Shown: in pieces, positions 1 to 8,573 of the stretch
Position numbering within the stretch: position 1 is the first letter of the stretch
Layout of the letters: every line of letters begins with the position of its first letter
Assembly (NCBI GenBank): GCA_937873385.1
Contig: CALMYC010000019.1
Location: 1-52,072, forward strand
DNA length: 52,072 bases
Direction: 5' to 3'
Source: an uncultured Flavobacteriales bacterium
Lineage (GTDB): Bacteria > Bacteroidota > Bacteroidia > Flavobacteriales_F > PHOS-HE28
Notes under the pieces: model-generated
The model's input: only the letters and a program-made list of their open reading frames with translations
What the model was told of the DNA's origin: nothing
Database searches by the model: none
Translations under genes and position numbers: made by a program

Positions 1-832
1 TGTTCACGCCCATGAGGCTCCTGCTCCGCATCATGAGGAAAATGGGGATGACGAACCCCATGTTCCACACAAAGCGCAACGTGCCGAACGCCCCCCCGTT
101 GCCGCGTTCCGCACCTCCGTACAGCACCAGCTTGCCACCGGGGCCAAGCAATGCCAGGTCCTTCTTGAAGGTGGTTCCGCCCACGGCGTTAAAGCTGAAA
201 TCCAAACGTTCCTTGCCCAACCGTTCTCTTACCGCAGCCGCATAGTCCCCGGCCTTGCGATCAATGACGTGCTGTGCATCGAGTTCCTTTAGGTACGCCA
301 TCTTTTCCGCCCCGTGCGCCACGGCGAACACCTCGGATCCTTGGTGCAACGCGATCTGCACCAGCAATTGGCCCACGCCTCCGGCTGCACTGTGTATCAG
401 CACGCGATCACCCTTTTGCACCGGTGCCGCCACCATGGCCATGTACCAGGCGGTGGCCCCTTGCGTGGCCATGGCCAAGGCGGGGCCCAGGTCCATGCCG
501 TCCGCGATCACGGCCACGGCGCGGTGGTCCGTGCACGGGCGTTGCGCATAGCCGCCGAAGCGGGTGAAGGCGAGCACCCGTTTGCCCAACAGATCCGCCG
601 GCACACCATCACCGCATTGGTCCACGCGGCCCACGACTTCATAGCCCAGCACGCACGGCGGCGGTGGCGCATCGCGGTACAGGCCCTTCACGGCCATCAC
701 ATCGGCGTAGTTCAGGCCGAAGCCCTCGCTGCGGATAAGCACTTCACCCACCTGGGGAGCGGGATCCGGGAGTTGGCGGAGCTGAAGGACCTTTTCCGGG
801 GACCCGTGGGAGGTGAGCTGCCAGGCGTGCAT
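1..832 (-). CDS. Zinc-binding (MDR family) dehydrogenase / NADPH:quinone oxidoreductase; the C-terminal end runs off the window
   Basis: Not in the ORF track because it is open at the window edge. The reverse strand from ATG (CAT at 830-832) reads MHAWQLTSHGSPEKVLQL... and contains KGDRVLIHSAAGGVGQLL, the classic MDR cofactor-binding motif. Confidence 0.8.
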   Translation of the reverse strand, partial: MHAWQLTSHGSPEKVLQLRQLPDPAPQVGEVLIRSEGFGLNYADVMAVKGLYRDAPPPPCVLGYEVVGRVDQCGDGVPADLLGKRVLAFTRFGGYAQRPCTDHRAVAVIADGMDLGPALAMATQGATAWYMAMVAAPVQKGDRVLIHSAAGGVGQLLVQIALHQGSEVFAVAHGAEKMAYLKELDAQHVIDRKAGDYAAAVRERLGKERLDFSFNAVGGTTFKKDLALLGPGGKLVLYGGAERGNGGAFGTLRFVWNMGFVIPIFLMMRSRSLMGVN

Positions 833-988
833 GGGTGCAAGCTAAAGTTTTGGGCCGGCCCGGCACAGGAGGTCTGCCATGTGCCGAAGGTTGGTGATGG
901 CGCGCGCCCTGTGGGGGAGGGCGAAAAAGGCGCACGAAAAAATGCCCCCTGCACAGGTACTTGAAAGCCGCAGGACAACCAGCCCGGA

Positions 989-1225
989 CTACTCTTCGAT
1001 CCAGCGCAGTTCGCGCTGCAGCAAGTACACCACCTGCTCAATTTCCGGTTGCTTCTTGCGGGTACCCACCTCGGTGATCAGGCATTCCAGGAATTGGCGT
1101 TGGTCCCCGGGGCTTTCAAGTTCTTCCGTAAAATCCCTGGCGGCCAACGCGAACCGGGCAGGGTCTTCAATGGCATGGGCGTGCACGTCAAGGAATTCCG
1201 CAACAGTTTGGTCTATGTGAGGCAT
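989..1225 (-). CDS. Small acidic hypothetical protein (78 aa)
   Basis: ORF 989..1336 trimmed to the internal ATG at 1225 (MPHIDQTVAEFLDVHAH...). No family recognised. Confidence 0.4.
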   Translation of the reverse strand: MPHIDQTVAEFLDVHAHAIEDPARFALAARDFTEELESPGDQRQFLECLITEVGTRKKQPEIEQVVYLLQRELRWIEE

Positions 1226-1444
1226 GGGAGAGCATTTGGAGCGGTGGCAAGGTAGGAGCCCGGGGGGTACACGGTACCATGCGGTACGACTATCATCCAG
1301 TATACCCTTGGGCAGTCTTGCCATGCAGTCGTCCAACTCCCCAATAAAGGGAGTCGGCCAAGTGCTGGTGATCGGTGGTGGAGTTGCCTCCCAGGGGGCC
1401 GGTACCGATCGGGCCGTGCGGAGGGGGCGTGCCAGTGCTCCGGC

Positions 1445-2026
1445 TCACGGTCCCGCGATCTTCCCTTCCTCCACCGCCACTTCATACTCCACCACCAGCT
1501 GCCGCACGCGGTCCATCCCGTCTCCTGCGCCGATGCTCTCCAACAGGTCCTTGTATGCGGGCCAGGCGGCCTTGAACTTCGCGGAGGCCGACTTGGTGTC
1601 ATCCACCGCAAACACTGCCGGCACAATGGGGCCTTGCAGGTCGCGGCTCAAGTAGGCGGCATAACCGTATTCAATACTTGCGGCGGCGGTGGAATCCTGT
1701 TGCATGCGCAAGTGCGCGAAGCCGTTCTCCCAATAGAAGATGGCACCTTGGGCCATCAGCCGCACGGGCAGCTTGCTTTCCTGCTCCATGCGGTACAGCG
1801 CACCGTTGTTCATGAAGCCCCACACCTTCCGTGTGCTGATGTGCCGCTTCCGCCCCTCCTTTTCAAACACCACCGTGAAGCGGCCCAGCTGCGGCTCCAC
1901 GTCGATCAGGCCGTCCACCGCGTCACCCTGCTTGGCCACATAAGCTTCATGGCTGCGGAATAGCGCGTTCTGTGCCATCACCGAAGTGGTGGTGCCCAGC
2001 AAAGCGATCAGCAACTGGATGCGCAT
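1445..2026 (-). CDS. Secreted hypothetical protein
   Basis: ORF 1445..2140 trimmed to the ATG at 2026. The N-terminus MRIQLLIALLGTTTSVMAQ looks like a signal peptide. No family recognised. Confidence 0.6.
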   Translation of the reverse strand: MRIQLLIALLGTTTSVMAQNALFRSHEAYVAKQGDAVDGLIDVEPQLGRFTVVFEKEGRKRHISTRKVWGFMNNGALYRMEQESKLPVRLMAQGAIFYWENGFAHLRMQQDSTAAASIEYGYAAYLSRDLQGPIVPAVFAVDDTKSASAKFKAAWPAYKDLLESIGAGDGMDRVRQLVVEYEVAVEEGKIAGP

Positions 2027-2121
2027 GGCAGCAGATGTAGACGAAAGGTAGGATGAACGATGCGACGGCGATGCCCCCTGCCCCATGCGATCATGAACAG
2101 GGCCTTCGGAACAACCCCGCC

Positions 2122-2811
2122 TCACGCCCCCGCCACGCAAAGCACAAACTCCCCCTTTGGCGCATGTGCCTCAACGTGTGCAGCCAGCTCCTGCAAGGTG
2201 CCGCGCAAGGTCTCCTCATGCAGCTTGGTGATCTCCCGTGAAATGCTCGCCTGCCGGTCCGCGCCGAAGGCTTCGGCCAATTCCGCCAACGTGCGCGCAA
2301 TGCGGTGCGGGCTTTCGTAGAAGATCATGGTGCGCGGCTCCGTGGCCAGCTCGGCGATGCGCGTGCGCCGTCCCTTTTTCACGGGAAGAAATCCCTCGAA
2401 GGTGAATCGGTCGCACGGCAGGCCGCTGTTCACCAGCGCGGGAACGAAGGCTGTGGGGCCGGGCAGTGTCTCCACAGGGATGCCTGCTTTCAACGCTGCG
2501 CGGACGAGCAGGAAACCGGGGTCGCTGATGGCCGGTGTGCCTGCATCGGAGACCAGCGCAAAACGCTCCCCTGCACGTAGCCGCTGCACCAACCGTTCGG
2601 TGACCTGGTGTTCGTTGTGGATGTGGAAGGCGATGAACGGCTTGCTGACCTCCAAGTGCTTCAACAGCACACCGCTGGTGCGGGTGTCCTCGGCAATCAC
2701 GGCATCCACTTCGGAAAGGATGCGCATGGCCCGCAGGGTGATGTCCTCCAGATTGCCGATGGGCGTGGGGACCAAGAAGAGCTTGCCGCCGGTTCCTTCT
2801 GCTGCGCTCAT
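2122..2811 (-). CDS. rsmI: 16S rRNA (cytidine1402-2'-O)-methyltransferase RsmI
   Basis: GKLFLVPTPIGNLEDITLRA...AEDTR...DAGTPAISDPG...FYESPHR are hallmark RsmI (tetrapyrrole-methylase fold) motifs. Length is 229 aa. Confidence 0.9.
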   Translation of the reverse strand: MSAAEGTGGKLFLVPTPIGNLEDITLRAMRILSEVDAVIAEDTRTSGVLLKHLEVSKPFIAFHIHNEHQVTERLVQRLRAGERFALVSDAGTPAISDPGFLLVRAALKAGIPVETLPGPTAFVPALVNSGLPCDRFTFEGFLPVKKGRRTRIAELATEPRTMIFYESPHRIARTLAELAEAFGADRQASISREITKLHEETLRGTLQELAAHVEAHAPKGEFVLCVAGA

Positions 2812-4076
2812 TTCATCCCACCGATCAACGCCACCAACGTCCGGTACAGCCCATCGAACTTGGTGAGGGGCAAGGTTTCCGCCCGGTCATTCACATCATG
2901 GTAGAAGCTCACGCCGCCCATGGTATAGATGAAAATGGCGGGGATGCCCTTTTGGACAAAGGGGCAGTGGTCGCTGTTGCAGGCCGGGCCGCGCGCCTTC
3001 ACCTGCGGCAGGGCCTGGGTCCTGGTGTTGATCGCGACGAGCTTGTCGTACACGGCCTTTTGTTCCGTTGCATTCACTACGGTGATGCCTTCCTCGCCGG
3101 TGCCGTTGAGGTCCAGGTTGAGCACGAGCTTGATGCGCGAGAAGTCCAACGGACGGTCCACCACGAACCATTCGCTGCCCTTCAGGCCAGCTTCTTCCCC
3201 GGCAAAAGCCACAAAGAGGATGTTCACCTTGGCGGGATGTTTCTTGAACCATTCCGCTAACGAGAGCAGCATGCTTACCCCGCTGGCATTGTCATTGGCG
3301 CCGGGGAAGAGGGCCTGGCCCATCATGCCGAGGTGGTCGTAGTGCGCGGTGACCAGCAGCCAGTCTTTGCTGCCGCCCTTGGCCTTGGCCACGCCCCACA
3401 CGTTGCGGGCCGTGTGCCGCGGAATGAAACTGTTGTACACGCGGATGCTGGCATGGCGGGCCGTATCGGGCAGTACGCCTTGGCGCAGCTCAATGATGGC
3501 GTTGCGCGCCTGCGTGCCGGCCACGCTCCAGGTCAGCTTCTCCCCGCCTTGGCGGACCACGGGCACATAGCGCGCCACCTCGGCTTCCAACGCGGCGTAT
3601 AGCTGCAAGGTATCGCCGTTGGTGGTGCGGGGGAAGTCCAGCACCGCGGCATGGCCCTGCACCACCCCCAAGGTCACGGCCTTGCGCTCCGGTGCCAGTA
3701 AGTCCTCCAGCCTTACATGCACCAGGTCGAACGCACCGTCCGAGGTGCCGGAGCCGGGGTCCACGAGGTAATCCACACCGGGGGTGAGCAAGCGGCCGTC
3801 CACGCGCAGGCCGATGCTGTCCGGGAAGATGTTCACCGGAAAACCGAAGCGCTCGAAGCGCGTGCCGTTCAGCTGTTCAAGGCCGATGCGGTTGAACTGC
3901 TCGGCGATCCAATCGGCGGCGAGGCTGTCGCCGCCGCGCACGTAGCCGCGACCGTGGAAGGCTGGGCTGGCCAAGGTGTCCACATAGCGCTTGGCCTGGT
4001 CTTTCACGGAAGGAATTTCCTGTGCGTGCAGCGGGCCGAACAGCAGCGACAGCAAGGTGAAAAGCAGTGTGCGCAT
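2808..4076 (-). CDS. M28 family zinc aminopeptidase, secreted
   Basis: Signal peptide MRTLLFTLLSLLFGPLHAQ. Contains TAHYDHLG and GANDNASGVSMLL...FAGEE, the metal-ligand motifs of M28. A 4-nt ATGA overlap with rsmI suggests an operon. Confidence 0.85.
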   Translation of the reverse strand: MRTLLFTLLSLLFGPLHAQEIPSVKDQAKRYVDTLASPAFHGRGYVRGGDSLAADWIAEQFNRIGLEQLNGTRFERFGFPVNIFPDSIGLRVDGRLLTPGVDYLVDPGSGTSDGAFDLVHVRLEDLLAPERKAVTLGVVQGHAAVLDFPRTTNGDTLQLYAALEAEVARYVPVVRQGGEKLTWSVAGTQARNAIIELRQGVLPDTARHASIRVYNSFIPRHTARNVWGVAKAKGGSKDWLLVTAHYDHLGMMGQALFPGANDNASGVSMLLSLAEWFKKHPAKVNILFVAFAGEEAGLKGSEWFVVDRPLDFSRIKLVLNLDLNGTGEEGITVVNATEQKAVYDKLVAINTRTQALPQVKARGPACNSDHCPFVQKGIPAIFIYTMGGVSFYHDVNDRAETLPLTKFDGLYRTLVALIGGMK

Positions 4077-4768
4077 CAGCGGAAGCGGCGTTGGATGAGT
4101 TCCTGGAATGCCCTGGCCACCTCGTCTCCCGGCGCCTTGGCCAACTTGGCCAGCACCTCGTCGCGCACGTACGCATCCGCTTCATTGGCGCTCTTCATGC
4201 CGTTGATGGCATCGATGGCCTTCTCGTAGCGGTCGCGCTCATTGCTGAAAAGTTCCGCCACGAACCAGAACTTCTGGCTCAGCGCAATGGCCTTCCGCAG
4301 GTCCGCCACGGGCGCATGCTCCAGCTTGTCGGCCACCGTGGACGGTCGTTCGTTTGCAACCGAAACCGCAGCCGGTTTGGCCTTGGGCGGCTTGGGCGCT
4401 TCCGCCTTCACCGGCTCCGGTGCAACCCGCACAGGGGCGGGCGCCGCCTCGGTCTCGGCAATGGCATCGATCAGTGAGGTCTGCTGCGGAAGTACTTCGG
4501 GCGGACGCGTGTCCAGGCGGATCGGGGCCTCTGCCACGGTTGCTTCCACCACCTTGGCTTCCGCGATGGCGGCTTGTTTCCCCGCCTCCACGTGCGCCTC
4601 CCGCGCCTTGTGCCGCAGCACCACCAGCCGCTCGTAGATGGCGCGTGCATCATCGGCGCATTGTTCAAGTTCCGGCAGGCCCAGCTTGCCTTCCTCCAGC
4701 AGGGCCATCGCCCGCTGCACCGATCGGATCAGCTCGTTCATGCGGTCGGATGCTCTGTTCTGCGCCAT
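4076..4768 (-). CDS. Conserved hypothetical protein (Ala/Pro/Lys-rich linker)
   Basis: ORF 4076..5338 trimmed to the ATG at 4768 (MAQNRASDRMNEL...). The upstream part of that ORF is antisense to tdk. A TGATG overlap joins it to the M28 gene. Confidence 0.6.
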   Translation of the reverse strand: MAQNRASDRMNELIRSVQRAMALLEEGKLGLPELEQCADDARAIYERLVVLRHKAREAHVEAGKQAAIAEAKVVEATVAEAPIRLDTRPPEVLPQQTSLIDAIAETEAAPAPVRVAPEPVKAEAPKPPKAKPAAVSVANERPSTVADKLEHAPVADLRKAIALSQKFWFVAELFSNERDRYEKAIDAINGMKSANEADAYVRDEVLAKLAKAPGDEVARAFQELIQRRFR

Positions 4769-4855
4769 GGCATGGGTTAGGTGCGTGCGAATTTCGCTAA
4801 ATTCGTGCCGCTTCCCAAATGGCTGCACCGCACGCCCGCCAAGCCTTTCCGACAG

Positions 4856-5464
4856 ATGTTCCTGGAGCACACCGGTAACCGCTCCCCCAGGAAGGGTTGG
4901 ATTGAAGTGATCTGCGGCAGCATGTTCAGCGGAAAAACCGAGGAATTGATCCGTCGCCTGCGCCGGGCCGAGTTCGCCAAACAACGGGTGGAGATCTTCA
5001 AGCCCGGCACCGATACGCGCTATCACGAAACCGACGTGGTGAGCCATGACAGGAACACCATCCGCAGCACGCCCGTGCCCAGCAGCGCCAACCTGCTCCT
5101 GCTGGCCAGCGAAATTGAAGTAGTGGGCGTGGACGAGGCCCAGTTCTTCGACGGCGGCCTGCCCGAAGTGTGCGGCCAGCTTGCTGCCCAGGGCATCCGC
5201 GTGATCGTGGCCGGGCTGGACACGGATTTCCAAGGCCGCCCCTTCGGGCCCATGCCCCAGCTGATGGCCATGGCGGAATTCGTCACCAAGGTCCACGCCA
5301 TCTGCATGCGCTGCGGCGACCTGGCCAACCACAGCCACCGCACCAATGCCAGCAAGGAACTGGTGGTGCTGGGTGAAACGGACAGCTACGAACCACTGTG
5401 CCGCAACTGCTTCAACAAGGCACGGGCGGCCCGGGATGAAGCGCTGAACACCGCCCGGCCCTGA
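4856..5464 (+). CDS. tdk: Thymidine kinase
   Basis: [21 protein letters not shown] (P-loop), [10 protein letters not shown], and the C-terminal zinc ribbon CMRCG...CRNC. Start trimmed to the ATG at 4856 (202 aa). Confidence 0.9.
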   Translation: MFLEHTGNRSPRKGWIEVICGSMFSGKTEELIRRLRRAEFAKQRVEIFKPGTDTRYHETDVVSHDRNTIRSTPVPSSANLLLLASEIEVVGVDEAQFFDGGLPEVCGQLAAQGIRVIVAGLDTDFQGRPFGPMPQLMAMAEFVTKVHAICMRCGDLANHSHRTNASKELVVLGETDSYEPLCRNCFNKARAARDEALNTARP

Positions 5465-7917
5465 TGCCCGAAGGCCATTTGCTCAGCAGCCTGGCCGCAG
5501 CCTGCGGCGGCACATTGCACGGTGCCGACAAGCGCATCACGCAGCTCTGCATTGATTCGCGCCAGCCCTTCAATCCCGCCGGAACACTTTTCATAGCGCT
5601 CAGCGGCAAGCACCACGACGGCCACCGCTACCTTCCGGAACTGCACAAGCGGGGCGTGCAATCCTTCTTGATCCGGAAAGCAGCAACCGCTCAGGTTCAA
5701 GGCGCCAGCACCATTGAAGTGGACGATACGTTGGTGGCACTGCAGCAGATCGCCGCATGGCACCGCGCACAGTTCAACCTGCGCGTGGTGGGCATCACCG
5801 GCAGCAACGGCAAGACCGTGGTGAAGGAATGGCTGAACCAATTGCTGGCGCCGGATGAACGCATCGTGCGCAGCCCCGGCAGCTGGAACAGCCAGGTGGG
5901 CGTGCCGCTCAGCGTGTGGGAGATCGGCCCGCAGGACACGCTCGGCCTCTTCGAGGCGGGCATCAGCGAACCGGGGGAAATGGACGCCCTGGAACGGATC
6001 ATCGCCCCGGGCATCGGCATCTTCACCAACATCGGGCCCGCGCACAGCGGGCACTTCAGCGATGATGCCGCCAAGGCGAAGGAAAAGGCCAAGCTGTTCC
6101 GGCACGCCAAGGTGGTGGTGCATTGCTGCGACCATCCCCTGGTGCATGAAACGCTCGCTGCTTTGAAAGGTGTGGAACTCCTGGGCTGGGGACGCGGCGA
6201 ACAAGCGGCCTTGCGCATGGAGGACGAAGCGGTGGACGGCGATGCAACACAGTTCGTGCTTCGTTGGAAGGAGGAGGCGTTCAACCTCGTACTGCCCTTC
6301 ACGGATGCAGCTTCCATCGAAAACGCCCTCCACTGCGCCACGCTCATGCTGCACCTCGGCTTTCCGCCGCAAACCATCGCCGAACGGGTGCGGCAATTGA
6401 GGCCGGTGAGCATGCGCCTGGAGCTGCTGCCTGCATTGAACAACGGCACGCTGCTCAACGATGCCTACAGCAACGACCTCGCCTCGCTCACCGTGGCCCT
6501 CGCCCAACTGGCGCGCACCGCCGGCGGCAGGCCCAAGTGCGTGGTGCTTACGGACATTGCCGACAGCCGGGAAAATGCCGAAGCGATGTATGCCCGGATC
6601 GCAGGCTTGATCGATGTTTCCGGCGTTGGGCAGCTGCTTGCCGTGGGTTCCGCCTTGCGCGCTCACGCCGCGCTGCTTCCACCTTCCACGCGCTACTTCA
6701 AGGATGCGGAGGAACTGCTCCGCGCGCTGCCGGAGCCGCCGCTGAACGGCGCAGTGACCTTGGTAAAGGGCGCAAGAAGCTTCGGGCTCGAACGCGTAGT
6801 GGAGCGCTGGGAGGAGCGCACGCACGGCACCGTGATGGAAGTGGACCTCGATGCCATGCGCCACAACCTGAACCACTACCGCGAGCTATGCGGGCCAACG
6901 GTGCGCATCATGGGCATGGTGAAGGCCGGTGGCTATGGCAGCGGCGCGGTGGAAATGGCGCGCTTCCTCGCCCACGAGCAGGTGGCCTGGTTGGGCGTGG
7001 CCTACGCCGATGAAGGCATCGAACTTCGCCGGCAGGGCATCCGCACGCCCGTGCTGGTGATGAACCCCGAGCCGGTGCCCATGGAAACGCTGCACCGCTA
7101 TAAGTTGGAGGCGGAGGTGTACGACCAACGCTCGCTGCGCGCCGCCATGGACTTTGCCAGGCACGTGCCCGATGCGCCCGCCGTACACTTGAAGCTGGAC
7201 ACGGGCATGCATCGCCTCGGCTTCCCGCCGCAGGACATGCCCGCGTTGCTGGAGGCGCTGCACAGCGCGAAACCACTGCGCGTGGCCAGCATCTTCTCCC
7301 ACTTGGCCGCCAGCGATGACCAGCAGCACGATGCGTTCACGCAGGAGCAGATCGGACGCTTCCGAACACTGGCCGGGCTGATCACGGACACGCTGGGCTA
7401 CGCACCCCTGCTGCACATCGCCAATTCCGCCGCGGCCACGCGTTTTCCGGAAGCGCGCTTCGGCATGGTACGTTTGGGCATTGGCCTGCACGGCATCGGC
7501 GCGGACGCGCAGGAAACCGCGCAACTCCGCCCCGTTGAAACCTTGCGCACGGTGATCGCCCAAGTGAAGGAACTGCCCGCAGGCGAGAGCGTAAGCTATG
7601 GCCGCAAGGCGCTGCTTACCGCACCCACCCGCATCGCCGTACTGCCCATTGGCTACGCCGACGGGCTTTCACGCCGTCTCGGCGAAGGCACCGGCCGCGT
7701 ATGGATCCATGGCCGCGAGGCGCGCACGGTGGGCGCCGTGTGCATGGACATGTGCATGGTGGATGTAACCACCATTCCCTGCGCACCGGGCGATGATGCG
7801 ATCGTGTTCTCCCCGCAACACCCCGTGCAGGACTATGCCCGTGACCTGGGCACCATTCCCTACGAGGCGCTCACAGGCATCAGCCCACGGGTGAAGCGGG
7901 TGTTTGTGCGGGAGTGA
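5464..7917 (+). CDS. murF: Bifunctional UDP-N-acetylmuramoyl-tripeptide--D-alanyl-D-alanine ligase (MurF) / alanine racemase (Alr)
   Basis: The N-terminal half has the Mur ligase motif GITGSNGKTVVKEW. The C-terminal half has the alanine racemase PLP site (GMVKAGGYGSG) and SYGRK...GYADG. This fusion is typical of Bacteroidota. Confidence 0.9.
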   Translation: MPEGHLLSSLAAACGGTLHGADKRITQLCIDSRQPFNPAGTLFIALSGKHHDGHRYLPELHKRGVQSFLIRKAATAQVQGASTIEVDDTLVALQQIAAWHRAQFNLRVVGITGSNGKTVVKEWLNQLLAPDERIVRSPGSWNSQVGVPLSVWEIGPQDTLGLFEAGISEPGEMDALERIIAPGIGIFTNIGPAHSGHFSDDAAKAKEKAKLFRHAKVVVHCCDHPLVHETLAALKGVELLGWGRGEQAALRMEDEAVDGDATQFVLRWKEEAFNLVLPFTDAASIENALHCATLMLHLGFPPQTIAERVRQLRPVSMRLELLPALNNGTLLNDAYSNDLASLTVALAQLARTAGGRPKCVVLTDIADSRENAEAMYARIAGLIDVSGVGQLLAVGSALRAHAALLPPSTRYFKDAEELLRALPEPPLNGAVTLVKGARSFGLERVVERWEERTHGTVMEVDLDAMRHNLNHYRELCGPTVRIMGMVKAGGYGSGAVEMARFLAHEQVAWLGVAYADEGIELRRQGIRTPVLVMNPEPVPMETLHRYKLEAEVYDQRSLRAAMDFARHVPDAPAVHLKLDTGMHRLGFPPQDMPALLEALHSAKPLRVASIFSHLAASDDQQHDAFTQEQIGRFRTLAGLITDTLGYAPLLHIANSAAATRFPEARFGMVRLGIGLHGIGADAQETAQLRPVETLRTVIAQVKELPAGESVSYGRKALLTAPTRIAVLPIGYADGLSRRLGEGTGRVWIHGREARTVGAVCMDMCMVDVTTIPCAPGDDAIVFSPQHPVQDYARDLGTIPYEALTGISPRVKRVFVRE

Positions 7918-7979
7918 ACGGGGCGGTTACACGTATTGAAGATCCTGTAATGGGCCTTACTACACATGTAGTACATCGG

Positions 7980-8405
7980 CTATTCGGCCTTCCTTGTCTT
8001 CTCCTCCAGCAGGTCCAACAGCCGCTCCGTAAGCTTATGCAGCGATGTAATGTGCGCATCATACTGCGCAACCATGCGGTCAAGCACTTCTTGGGGCATC
8101 ACATTTACTGTATTGTAGGCTCCAGCACCATTTTCTGCCTCGTTATCATGAACATGCATCACCACAGAGTCCGGGCTCATCAGCCATTCCATGCTCACCT
8201 TGTACAGGTCTGACACCTTGCGGAGGTCCGAGATGTGGATCCGGTCCTCATCCTTCTCCCAGCGGCTCACGGTGGGCTGGCCCACCCCCAATGCTTCGGC
8301 CACAAACTGCTGTGTGTAGTTGTGGGCGGCACGCAGGATGCGCAGCTTCGAACCCAGCAATATCCCACTTTCAGCTTCTCCACCCGGATTTCGCATGATG
8401 CGCAA
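7980..8405 (-). CDS. XRE-family helix-turn-helix transcriptional regulator
   Basis: LGSKLRILRAAHNYTQQFVAEALGVGQPTVSRWEKDE is a canonical Cro/C1 HTH. GC is lower than in neighbouring genes. Confidence 0.75.
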   Translation of the reverse strand: MRIMRNPGGEAESGILLGSKLRILRAAHNYTQQFVAEALGVGQPTVSRWEKDEDRIHISDLRKVSDLYKVSMEWLMSPDSVVMHVHDNEAENGAGAYNTVNVMPQEVLDRMVAQYDAHITSLHKLTERLLDLLEEKTRKAE

Positions 8406-8573
8406 AACTATTCACCAGTGGCCTATTTTATTCAGGAAAGGCCATGGTTATGGGATTAAGCCCTGCTACGTTCGCTTCACCGTAGGCAAGTGCCTGCGGG
8501 TACGTTGAATACAGGCATTCACCAAACCCTTACCCCCATGCAAAATGATACCCCATGTGAACTGGCCCGGACC

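Noticed and set aside
4769-5338. The upstream 190 codons of ORF 4076..5338.
   Set aside because: This region is antisense to the well-supported thymidine kinase gene. The protein-like part begins at the ATG at 4768.
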